From: Dehalococcoidia bacterium
Lineage (GTDB): Bacteria; Chloroflexota; Dehalococcoidia; UBA2979
Length of the DNA: 64,000 nt
NCBI GenBank assembly: GCA_963667465.2
Contig: CAXXDN010000002.1
Span: 1,376,001-1,440,000, forward strand
Direction of reading: 5' to 3'
Positions within the stretch are counted from its first letter, which is position 1, and every line of letters starts with the position of its first letter. Made by a program: the position numbers and the translations under genes. This document shows, piece after piece, positions 49,341-57,440 of the stretch. The notes below the pieces were generated by a model. That model made no database searches, was not told the origin of the DNA, and saw nothing but the letters and a program-made list of their open reading frames with translations.

Positions 49341-50942
49341 CTACGCGGCGCCCGGCGTTCCCAGCCTCCGCAGCACCTCGTCGTGGAGCCGGCCGTTCGA
49401 GGCGATGCGCGGTCCCGCGCCCTCTGCTGCGGCGCCCGCGGCGTCCGTGATGCGGCCCCCGGCTTCCTCGACGATCGGGACCAGGGCGGCCACGTCCCAC
49501 GGGTGCAGATCGACGCCGTCCAGCATGACGTCGGCCGCGCCCTCGGCGACGAGGCAGAAGCCCCAGAAGTCGCCGAACCCGCGCACCCGCCAGGCCTCGC
49601 CGAGCAGCGCCCGCGCACCCGGCCAGCGCTCGAGGGTCGCGACCGTCTCGCCGTACACGACCTGCGCCGCTGACAGCGTCGCCGCGTCCGAGACGTGGAT
49701 GCGCTCGCCCGCGCCACGGGAGCCGGTCGCTCCCCGGTACGCCCCGAGGCCGTGGCCCGCCCACCAGCGCGTCCCGAGCGCCGGCGCGGAGACGACGCCG
49801 ACCTCGATGCTTCCGTCGCGCTCGCAGGCGATCAGCGTCCCCCACACGGGGATGCCGCGCATGTAGCTGTGAGTCCCGTCGATCGGGTCGAGGATCCAGC
49901 GCGCCTCGGCTTCCCCGGAGCCCTCGTCGTCGCCCTGCTCCTCGCCGAGGACGGCGTGCGCCGGGTAGCGCTCGGCGATGCGCTCGCGCAGCAACGCCTC
50001 GATCTCGCGGTCGGCAGGCGTCACGTACGTGCCGTCGGCCTTGCGCTCCACGGCGTGCTCGCCTCGATAGTCCCGCATCGCGATCGCGTCGGCGGCGTCC
50101 GCCAGCTCGAGGGCGAAGGCGAGGATGTCGGTGGTGGTGTCACTCGCCGCCTCGCGACCTGGCGCGGCCCGCCGAACGTCTTCCATCAATTCGAAGTGCG
50201 GAGTCTGGTAGCCCTGCTGCCGCTGTCCCCACGGGGAGTCGAGGAGAGTGCGCACCCGTGCAGCAAGCAGCTCGCCGTGGTCCTTCGACGGCAGGATCAC
50301 GAAGCACCGCGGGACTTTGCGACGCCAGCGCAGCACGATCGGATTGAGCGCTCGGCCGAAGCGGCCGCGGATGCCGTCGGTGAGCTCCGCGATCTGTTGA
50401 TCTATCGGCTGCCGCTTCGCGTGCTGGTAGATGACGATGCTCTGTCCTCGCTCCCAGCAGCGGGCGAGATCGTCGTGGTAGGCGTACTTCGGACCGTTTG
50501 ACGCTGTAGGGCTGGTACGGCGGGGTGCAAGACCATTGTCGGGATCGACGAAGACGACGTCCGCCTCTCGCACGGTGTCGAGCCCTCGCTGCAGCCAGCC
50601 GTCGCGCTTCAGCAAGCGATCGTTGGGCGACTCCCGGGCCTCAAAGCTCAGCGCTTCATCGAAGAATGCGGTCCCTTCCGGCAGGATTCGCCGTCTCTGC
50701 ACCGCGGCGACAGAGCGCTCGGCCGCGACAACATCTTGCAACTCGTCGAAGAGATCGGGGTCGCACCTGCGCAGGCCCGCTTCCGGCGAATCGAGGTAGT
50801 CCGTGATCCCACCGTCGCCGTCGCCCTCCTCGTCCGGCACGCGGTACCACAGCACGCCAAGGCGAAGATCGTCGCCGCAGAGGGCGCGCAGCAATCCGTA
50901 CTTGCCGAAGTCGCCGATGTCGCCCGCGTAGCGATCCTGCAT
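49341..50942 (-). CDS. hisN: fusion of an uncharacterised MTase-like domain (N) and an IMPase-family histidinol-phosphatase (C)
   Basis: C-half has GEE, WILDPIDGT and WDVAA. N-half has MQDRYAGDIGDFGKYGLLRAL...VFVDPDNGL. One continuous frame. Confidence 0.82.
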   Translation of the reverse strand: MQDRYAGDIGDFGKYGLLRALCGDDLRLGVLWYRVPDEEGDGDGGITDYLDSPEAGLRRCDPDLFDELQDVVAAERSVAAVQRRRILPEGTAFFDEALSFEARESPNDRLLKRDGWLQRGLDTVREADVVFVDPDNGLAPRRTSPTASNGPKYAYHDDLARCWERGQSIVIYQHAKRQPIDQQIAELTDGIRGRFGRALNPIVLRWRRKVPRCFVILPSKDHGELLAARVRTLLDSPWGQRQQGYQTPHFELMEDVRRAAPGREAASDTTTDILAFALELADAADAIAMRDYRGEHAVERKADGTYVTPADREIEALLRERIAERYPAHAVLGEEQGDDEGSGEAEARWILDPIDGTHSYMRGIPVWGTLIACERDGSIEVGVVSAPALGTRWWAGHGLGAYRGATGSRGAGERIHVSDAATLSAAQVVYGETVATLERWPGARALLGEAWRVRGFGDFWGFCLVAEGAADVMLDGVDLHPWDVAALVPIVEEAGGRITDAAGAAAEGAGPRIASNGRLHDEVLRRLGTPGAA

Positions 50943-51874
50943 CAGGCCTCCCCCTTCGCCGGACCCTCACCCCCCGCCCTCTCCCGCAGGGGGAGAGGGG
51001 GCCGGATGTCCGCCTGCTCGCGAAACACGACGCCCTCGCACGACGCGAAGCGGCGGCGCATCACCGCGAACGCCTCCGGCGAGCTGTCGGCGAGGACGAA
51101 GCGGCGGCCGTGGCGCAGCGCCGCCTCGCCCGTCGTGCCGCTGCCCGCGACGAAGTCGCAGACCAGCCCGCCGGGCGGCGAGGAGGCGCGCACGATCCGC
51201 TCGAGGACACCGATCGGCTTCTGCGTCGGGTAGCCCAGCTTCTCCTTGCCCGTCGGGCTCACGATCGTGTGCCACCAGGTGTCCGTCGGCAGCTTGCCGC
51301 GCGCCGCCTTCTCGGGGCCCACGAGGCCGGGCGCCATGTAGGGGATGCGCTCGATGTCCTCGGCGTTGAAGCGGTTGCGCGCGGCGTCCTTCGCGTAGAA
51401 GAGGATGTTGTCGTGCTTCGCCGGCCAACGCCGCTTCGGCCGCGCGCCGTAGTCATAGGCCCAGATGATCTCGTTGACGAAGTTGACACGACCGAAGATC
51501 CCGTCCGCCAGCACCTTCGCGTAGTGCACCTCGCGGTAGTCGAGGTGCAGGTAGAGGCTGCCCGAGGGCGCGAGCACCCGCTGCGCCTCGACGAGGAACG
51601 GCTCGAGGAAGCCGAGGTAATCGTCGCGGTCGTCCTCGAAGGAGCGGCTGCCCAGCCGCTCGGTCTCGTAGCGACGCCCGCCGAAGCCGCTGCGGTCGCC
51701 CTCCCCGTCCGCGACCCGTCGCGTGCGCAGCTGCTCGCGCGTCTGCCGCCGGCCGGTGTTGAACGGCGGGTCGAGGTAGACGAGGTCGACGCTTTCGTCC
51801 TCGAGGGTGCGCGCGACCGCCACACCGTCAGCGCAGTGCACGACGCCGCGCGGCGCGGCAGTGCTGTCGCTCAC
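50942..51874 (-). CDS. N4/N6 DNA methyltransferase, beta class
   Basis: LVYLDPPF precedes YPTQKP and DFVAGSGTT. Confidence 0.94.
   Translation of the reverse strand: MSDSTAAPRGVVHCADGVAVARTLEDESVDLVYLDPPFNTGRRQTREQLRTRRVADGEGDRSGFGGRRYETERLGSRSFEDDRDDYLGFLEPFLVEAQRVLAPSGSLYLHLDYREVHYAKVLADGIFGRVNFVNEIIWAYDYGARPKRRWPAKHDNILFYAKDAARNRFNAEDIERIPYMAPGLVGPEKAARGKLPTDTWWHTIVSPTGKEKLGYPTQKPIGVLERIVRASSPPGGLVCDFVAGSGTTGEAALRHGRRFVLADSSPEAFAVMRRRFASCEGVVFREQADIRPPLPLRERAGGEGPAKGEA
50964..51001 (+). repeat. REP-like repeat inside the 3' end of the MTase gene
   Basis: ccctcaccccccgccctctcccgcagggggagaggggg, read as PPLPLRERAGGEG on the minus strand. Confidence 0.85.
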
Positions 51875-51881
51875 GACGCCC

Positions 51882-52640
51882 TCACGCCGTCAGCGTGCCC
51901 TTGGTGCTCGGCACCTCGCCGGCGATGCGCGGATCGCGGCGAGTGGCGGCATCGAGGGCGCGCCCGAGCGCCTTGAAGGCGGCCTCGGCGATGTGGTGGT
52001 CGTTCGCGCCGGCGAGCTGGCGGACGTGCAGCGCGCAGCGCGCGCCCTGCGAGAACGATTGCAGGGCGTGGCCGATCATCTCCGTCGGCGCCTGGCCGAT
52101 TCGCTCGCTGCCCCAGTCGAAAGCGATCGCGGCGTAGGGACGGCCCGAACAGTCGACCACCGCCTGCACCAGCGCCTCGTCGAGCGGCACGGTCGCGTCG
52201 CCCATGCGCACGAGGCCGGAGCGGTCGCCCAGCGCCTCGTCGACGGCCGTGCCGAGCGCCAGCGCGCAGTCCTCCATCGTGTGGTGCTCGTCGACGTGCA
52301 GGTCGCCCTCGCAGCGCAGTTCGAGGTCGAAGCGGCCGTGCTTGGCGAACGCCTCGAGGACGTGGTCATAGAAGCCGACGCCGGTCGCGATCTCGGCGCG
52401 GCCGGTGCCGTCGATGTCGATCTCGACGTGGATGCGGGTCTCGGCGGTGCTGCGGTCGAGGGTGGCGCGGCGGGCGCCGCCATCGAGGTCGCGCTTGACG
52501 CGCTTGAGGTTGGTGTTGATCGCCTGGCGGGTCACGCCAAGCTCCTCGGCGAGCCGCGTCTGGCCGCCGAGCACGTCAAGCTCGCCCGCCTCGTAGGCCT
52601 CGCGGACGCGCAAATAGGTCTCGCTCTTGATCTCGACCAT
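51882..52640 (-). CDS. hisB: imidazoleglycerol-phosphate dehydratase with an N-terminal HTH extension
   Basis: IGPD motifs DEHHTMED, PLDEAL, NDHHIAEA, PSTKG; about 55 extra N-terminal aa including QTRLAEELGVTRQAINTNLKR. Confidence 0.93.
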   Translation of the reverse strand: MVEIKSETYLRVREAYEAGELDVLGGQTRLAEELGVTRQAINTNLKRVKRDLDGGARRATLDRSTAETRIHVEIDIDGTGRAEIATGVGFYDHVLEAFAKHGRFDLELRCEGDLHVDEHHTMEDCALALGTAVDEALGDRSGLVRMGDATVPLDEALVQAVVDCSGRPYAAIAFDWGSERIGQAPTEMIGHALQSFSQGARCALHVRQLAGANDHHIAEAAFKALGRALDAATRRDPRIAGEVPSTKGTLTA

Positions 52641-52692
52641 GGGGCCGACCTTTCCGGTGCGCCCATCGAGCGTACGGCTTAAGTTAAGCTCT

Positions 52693-52723
52693 GTCTACCA
52701 CAAACAAGGATCATGTGGTTGAC
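52693..52723. promoter_or_regulatory. operator-like inverted repeat upstream of HTH-hisB
   Basis: GTCTACCACA-N11-TGTGGTTGAC (9 of 10 positions pair) in an AT-rich spacer. Confidence 0.55.
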
Positions 52724-52734
52724 GCTTGTTGACT

Positions 52735-53904
52735 TCAGCCACTTTTGCTACCTGGCTGCCCCTCAATGTCTTGACGCGCCTCGGACAGTGCCGCGAGCAG
52801 ACGCGCGCTGTCAGCGGGAGTGCCGACCGAGATGCGGACGTGGTCGCGCAGGCGCTCGTGGCCGAAGAAGCGCACGAAGACGCCGCGCCGCGCCAGCGCC
52901 TCGCGCAGCGCCGCCCCGCTGCCGGCGGTGAGGCGGCAGAGCAGGAAGTTGGCCTGCGAGGGCACGGGCTCCAGCCAGCCGCCCGCGCGCAGCTGCACCG
53001 CCAGGCGGTCACGCTCCCCGGCGATCTCGCAGGCGCGCTCGTCGAGCAGCGCCGCGTCCTCCAGCGAGGCGAGCGCGGCCGCCTCGGCGGCGGTGCTCAC
53101 GCCGTAGGGCTGCTTGCACTGCATCAGCAGCGCGGCGACCGAGGCCGGCATCACGCCGTAGCCGACACGCAGCCCGGCCAGACCGGCCCACTTGCTGAAC
53201 GTGCGCAGCACGATCAGCGGCGCGCCTCCCTCGCTCGTTGCGTCGGCCACGAGGCTCGGCGATCCGCTGTGCACTCCCCCGTAGCCGCTTGCGAACTCCA
53301 CGTAGGCCTCGTCGATGACAACGATCGCGCCGCTCGCGCGCAGGCGCTCGGCTGCGCCCTGCGGCAGCAGCCCGCCCGTCGGGTTGTTGGGCGAGGGCAG
53401 GAAGACGGCCTTCGCGCCCTCGCAGGCCGCGAGGAGCGCGTCGAGGTCCACCGACCAGTCGCCGCGCCTCGGCACGTCGACCAGCTCGGCACCCGCGATC
53501 TCCGCGCCGAAGGGATACATCCCGAACGTCGGCGAGGCGATCACGACACGGTCGCCCGCATCGACGAAGATGCGGAAGACGAGGTCGATGATCTCGTCGG
53601 CGCCCGCACCGGCGACGATGCACTCCGGCGGCACTTCATGGCGCGCGCCGAGGGCGTCACGCAGCCTTCGCTGCTCCGGGTCCGGGTAGCGGTGCGCGGC
53701 GTAGCCGCCCGCGAGCGCCGCCAGGGCTCGCGGGGAAGCGCCGTAGGGGTTCTCGTTGCCGTCGAGCTTGACGATCGCCTCCGGCGCGACGCCGTAGCGG
53801 GCGGCGAGCTGCGCGGGCGGGTCGATCGGCTCGTAGCCGCGCAGCGAGCGCAGCGGCGGGCGCAGCGCGCCCTCGAGGTCGAAGCTCGCGGAGTCCGTCA
53901 TCAC
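52735..53904 (-). CDS. hisC: histidinol-phosphate aminotransferase
   Basis: KLDGNENPY, SPNNPTG, IDEAY, RTFSKWAGLAGLRVGY. Confidence 0.96.
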   Translation of the reverse strand: MMTDSASFDLEGALRPPLRSLRGYEPIDPPAQLAARYGVAPEAIVKLDGNENPYGASPRALAALAGGYAAHRYPDPEQRRLRDALGARHEVPPECIVAGAGADEIIDLVFRIFVDAGDRVVIASPTFGMYPFGAEIAGAELVDVPRRGDWSVDLDALLAACEGAKAVFLPSPNNPTGGLLPQGAAERLRASGAIVVIDEAYVEFASGYGGVHSGSPSLVADATSEGGAPLIVLRTFSKWAGLAGLRVGYGVMPASVAALLMQCKQPYGVSTAAEAAALASLEDAALLDERACEIAGERDRLAVQLRAGGWLEPVPSQANFLLCRLTAGSGAALREALARRGVFVRFFGHERLRDHVRISVGTPADSARLLAALSEARQDIEGQPGSKSG

Positions 53905-55244
53905 AGTCCCTCCAGCCTGCGCTCGATCGAGCGGGCGTGGCCGGTCAGTCCCTCGGCGCGGGCCAGCCGCGCGGCGTGCGGCCCGAGCTCGGCGAGTGCG
54001 CCTTCCGGCAGCGCGATCACGGAGCTGACCTTCAGGAAGTCGAGCACCGAGAGTGGCGAGGCGTAACGCGCCGAGCCGCCGGTGGGCATGACGTGGCTCG
54101 GCCCCGCGACGTAGTCGCCGAGCACCTCGGGCGAGTGGTCGCCGACGAAGACGCCGCCCGCCTGCGTGATCTGCGGCGCGATCGCCTCCGGCTCGCGCGT
54201 CAGCAGGCAGAGGTGCTCCGGCGCGAACTCGTTGGCGAGCGCCACCGCCTCGTCGAGGCTGCCCGCGACGACCGCCCCACCGCCCTCGACCGCCGCGCGC
54301 GCGATCGCGCCTCGCTCGAGATCTGCGAGCTGGCGCTCGACCTCGGCCTGCACCGCCTCGGCGTGCGCGCGCGTGGTCGTGATCAGCACCGGCCTCGCGA
54401 GGGCGTCGTGCTCCGCCTGCGCCAGCAGGTCTGCGGCGCAGAGGTCGGGCGCGGCCTCGTCGTCGGCGAGCACGAGCGTCTCGGTCGGGCCATAGATCGC
54501 GTCGATGCCGACCTCGCCGAAGAGCTGCTGCTTGGCGAGCGTCACGAAGACGTTGCCCGGCCCGAAGATCTTGTCGGCGCGCGGGATCGTCTCCGTGCCC
54601 AGCGCCAGCGCCGCGATCGCCTGCGCGCCCGAGGCGCGGAAGATGCGCTGCACCCCGGCGAGCTCGGCCGCCACCAGCTTCAGCGGGTGCACGCTGCCGT
54701 CCTCGCGCGCGGCCGTGACGCCGATGCGATCCGGCACGCCCGCGACGAGTCCGGGCAGCGCCGTGTGCAGCACCGAGGAGGGCAGCACCGCCACGCTGCC
54801 GGTCATATAGACGCCCGCCCTCACGATCGGCTGTACCGTCATGCCGACGCCGTCCTCGAGGAAGGAGCGCGGGCCGTGCGCCAACTGGCGCTCGTGGTAG
54901 TGGCGCACGCGGTCGGCGGCGAAGCGCAGCGAGTCGAGCAGCTCGTCGGGCGTCTCCGCGAACGCCGCCTCGATCTCCTCGCGGCCCACCTCGAGTGGCG
55001 CGTCCGCGGAGCCGTCGAAGCGCTGCGAGAAGGCGCGTACCGCTGCGTCGCCCTCCTCGCGCACTCGCGCGACGATCCGCGCGACCACCTCGGAGGCGCT
55101 CAGGTCCGCGCCGAACGTCTCGCGGATCGAGGCGCGCACGGGCGGCGGCAGCGCGGGGTCGCCAAGCGGGTCGCGCCGCAGCACGCCGGCGCGAGCGGCC
55201 GTGGCGCCCTCGACGATGCGCAGCGCGGGCGTGGTGGCAGCCAT
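53901..55244 (-). CDS. hisD: histidinol dehydrogenase
   Basis: GAQAIAALA.GT, GPGNVFV, DLLAQAEHD, APEHL, GDYVAGPSHVMPT. Confidence 0.97.
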   Translation of the reverse strand: MAATTPALRIVEGATAARAGVLRRDPLGDPALPPPVRASIRETFGADLSASEVVARIVARVREEGDAAVRAFSQRFDGSADAPLEVGREEIEAAFAETPDELLDSLRFAADRVRHYHERQLAHGPRSFLEDGVGMTVQPIVRAGVYMTGSVAVLPSSVLHTALPGLVAGVPDRIGVTAAREDGSVHPLKLVAAELAGVQRIFRASGAQAIAALALGTETIPRADKIFGPGNVFVTLAKQQLFGEVGIDAIYGPTETLVLADDEAAPDLCAADLLAQAEHDALARPVLITTTRAHAEAVQAEVERQLADLERGAIARAAVEGGGAVVAGSLDEAVALANEFAPEHLCLLTREPEAIAPQITQAGGVFVGDHSPEVLGDYVAGPSHVMPTGGSARYASPLSVLDFLKVSSVIALPEGALAELGPHAARLARAEGLTGHARSIERRLEGL

Positions 55245-55999
55245 CAGCGCCGCGGCAGGTATTCGCGGAGGCGCTCGGCGGCCAGCTCGGTCGCCTCCTC
55301 GAGGTAGCGCGTGACCTCCTGCTCGGTGACGTGCGAGAGCGACTCCTGGATCAGCCCGCCCGGGTTCTGCGCGACCTCCTCGACCTCCTCCTCGCTGAAA
55401 CCGCCGCGCCGCAAGTGGATCTGCATCACGCGCGGGAAGCGCTCCCAGTCCGGGCGCTGGTAGGTGATGCCGCGTGTGAAGTCGCGCCACTCCGGCCACA
55501 GCCGTTCCTCGATGAAGCCGACGGCGATCGCCGCCTCGGTCGTGTCGATGGCGGTGCGAATCTCCGCGAGGGCGGCGTCGTTCTCCAGCTCGCGACGGTT
55601 CATCTCGTACTGCAGGGCGCGGTCGAGGATGTTGGCGCGCAGATCGCCGCCGAGCGACGAGCGCTCACCGAAGAAGCGGCGGTAGACGCTCTGGATGTAG
55701 TGCTCGTCCATCAGCAGGTGCGTGACGTAGCCCGCCACGAACGCCCTCGTGCTCTCGTTGAGGCCGGCGACGTTCCGGAGGTCCGGGTGCTCCTCGAACA
55801 TGCGCGCCACCGAGTCCTGCTGCTCGAAGTCGTCGAGCTCGAAGAAGTGCGTCAGACGGCGATCCACGCGCAGCAGCACGCGGATGTCCGGCGCCGTGGA
55901 GCCCAGGTAGTAGGACCCGCGATCGGCGTCGATGCACGGGTGGCCGAGACGGTCGGCCAGCCCGTAGGCACTGGCGAGGTGCGATCCCAGTGAGGGCAC
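55244..55999 (-). CDS. zinc-dependent phospholipase C-like protein
   Basis: MP...SH, LGSTAPD, THFF, GYVTHLLMDE; GGAGG RBS. Confidence 0.75.
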   Translation of the reverse strand: MPSLGSHLASAYGLADRLGHPCIDADRGSYYLGSTAPDIRVLLRVDRRLTHFFELDDFEQQDSVARMFEEHPDLRNVAGLNESTRAFVAGYVTHLLMDEHYIQSVYRRFFGERSSLGGDLRANILDRALQYEMNRRELENDAALAEIRTAIDTTEAAIAVGFIEERLWPEWRDFTRGITYQRPDWERFPRVMQIHLRRGGFSEEEVEEVAQNPGGLIQESLSHVTEQEVTRYLEEATELAAERLREYLPRR

Positions 56000-56000
56000 G

Positions 56001-57440
56001 TCAGACCTCCGCGGCTCCCGCCCGCAGCCGCTCGACCAGATCGTCGCGCAGCTCGCCGCGCGCACCCGGCGGACGCTCCGTCGATCCGATCGCGCAGTTC
56101 GTCGACTCCATGATGACGTCGATCATACGGAGCCGGTTGGCGCGCAGGGTGGAGCCCGTCTCCGTGCCCTCGATCAGGATCTCGGCGTCGTCCGGCACGA
56201 AGCCCTCGGATGCCCCGGAGATCGGCAGCACCTGGTAGCGCCCGAGGTGCCGCTCGCGCGCGTAGTGGTCGGCCAGCGCAACGTACTCCGAGGCGACGCG
56301 GATCGGCCGCTTTGGGTCGTCGCGCCGCCACCACGCAATCGCCTCGGCGATCGTCTCGGCGGGCACGGCCTCGGGCACGACGGCTCCGAGGCGATAGCGG
56401 CTGCGGCGCAGGTCGCACAGCTCGGCGACCGGCGAGAGCGGGAACGCCGCGCGGTGCGCAGCCAGCCAGTCGCGCCCCGTCAGCGCGAGGTCGAAGCAGC
56501 CGAGCGCGACGGCCTGCGGCATGTCCTGCGGGCGGATCACCTTTACCTCGAAGCCCTCGATACCGGAGCGCGGGTGGCGGTCGGTGGCGCCGTCGCCGTA
56601 GCCCTCGAAGCGAAGTCCGGCGGAGGCAAGCGCCTCGACGGTGTGCCGCTGCGCGTGCCCGTCCGGCAGCGCAAGCCGGAAGACGCCACGATCGTTATCC
56701 GAGGTCCGCGAGGCGATGCCCTCAAGGCCGCCGGTGCGGCCGTTGCCGCGCGGCAGCGGGCGCGCCTCGGAGGCGTCCCGGTCGCCCGCCGGCAGCGCGA
56801 GCAGCGGCCCGAGCGCCTCCGCGAGATCGCGACTCGCGAGCGCGTCGCGGTTTGCGACGAGCGTGGCCGAGCCGCGCTGCACCTCGGCGACGACGGCCAG
56901 CCCCTCGCGGGCGAGGACGGCGCCGGCCGCCGCCGCGTCGAGCGGCACGCTGAGGATCGCGGCGTCGGCGTCCTCGGGTGGCCACGCCTCGGGCTGGCCC
57001 CAGACCTCGATCACGCGGTAGTCCGGCACGCGCAGGTAGTTGAGCGCACGCGCCGCCAGGTTCGGGTGCGTCGTCGTCACCCGCACGCCCGGCGTCGCCG
57101 CGAGGCGGTCGAGCGTGACGCCCTCGGGCGCCGCGAGCACGAGCCGCCGGCCTCCGAGGTCGAGCGGACGCAGCGGCGTCAGCGAGTCGAGCGGGTAGCG
57201 CGCGAGCAGTTCATCGATCCAGGCGCGGCTGGTGATGCCGAGATCGTACTGGCCGAGCGCGACCTGGATTGGAATGTCCTCCTCGGCGAAGACGCGCACG
57301 ACCACGCCCGGCCGGCCTTCGACAGGGAAGCGGTAGGCGCGCGATCCGCCCTCGTAGCCCTCGACGGCGAAGCCGGCCGCTCGCAGGCGCTCGGCGAGCG
57401 GCGCGCGCAGGTCGCCGCGCGGCAGCGCGACGCGGATCAC
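56001..57440 (-). CDS. hisG: ATP phosphoribosyltransferase with two tandem short-form HisG units
   Basis: Unit 1 VALPRG...DIPIQVALGQYDLGI. Unit 2 LALPDG...RPQDMPQAVALG.FDLA.TG.D...ETGSTLRAN.L. Confidence 0.92.
   Translation of the reverse strand: MIRVALPRGDLRAPLAERLRAAGFAVEGYEGGSRAYRFPVEGRPGVVVRVFAEEDIPIQVALGQYDLGITSRAWIDELLARYPLDSLTPLRPLDLGGRRLVLAAPEGVTLDRLAATPGVRVTTTHPNLAARALNYLRVPDYRVIEVWGQPEAWPPEDADAAILSVPLDAAAAGAVLAREGLAVVAEVQRGSATLVANRDALASRDLAEALGPLLALPAGDRDASEARPLPRGNGRTGGLEGIASRTSDNDRGVFRLALPDGHAQRHTVEALASAGLRFEGYGDGATDRHPRSGIEGFEVKVIRPQDMPQAVALGCFDLALTGRDWLAAHRAAFPLSPVAELCDLRRSRYRLGAVVPEAVPAETIAEAIAWWRRDDPKRPIRVASEYVALADHYARERHLGRYQVLPISGASEGFVPDDAEILIEGTETGSTLRANRLRMIDVIMESTNCAIGSTERPPGARGELRDDLVERLRAGAAEV

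Noticed and set aside
52693-52733. GTCAAC/GTTGAC motifs considered as IS200/IS605 or IscB-associated ends
   Set aside because: There is no tnpA, tnpB or iscB and no extended RNA structure. An operator is the simpler reading.
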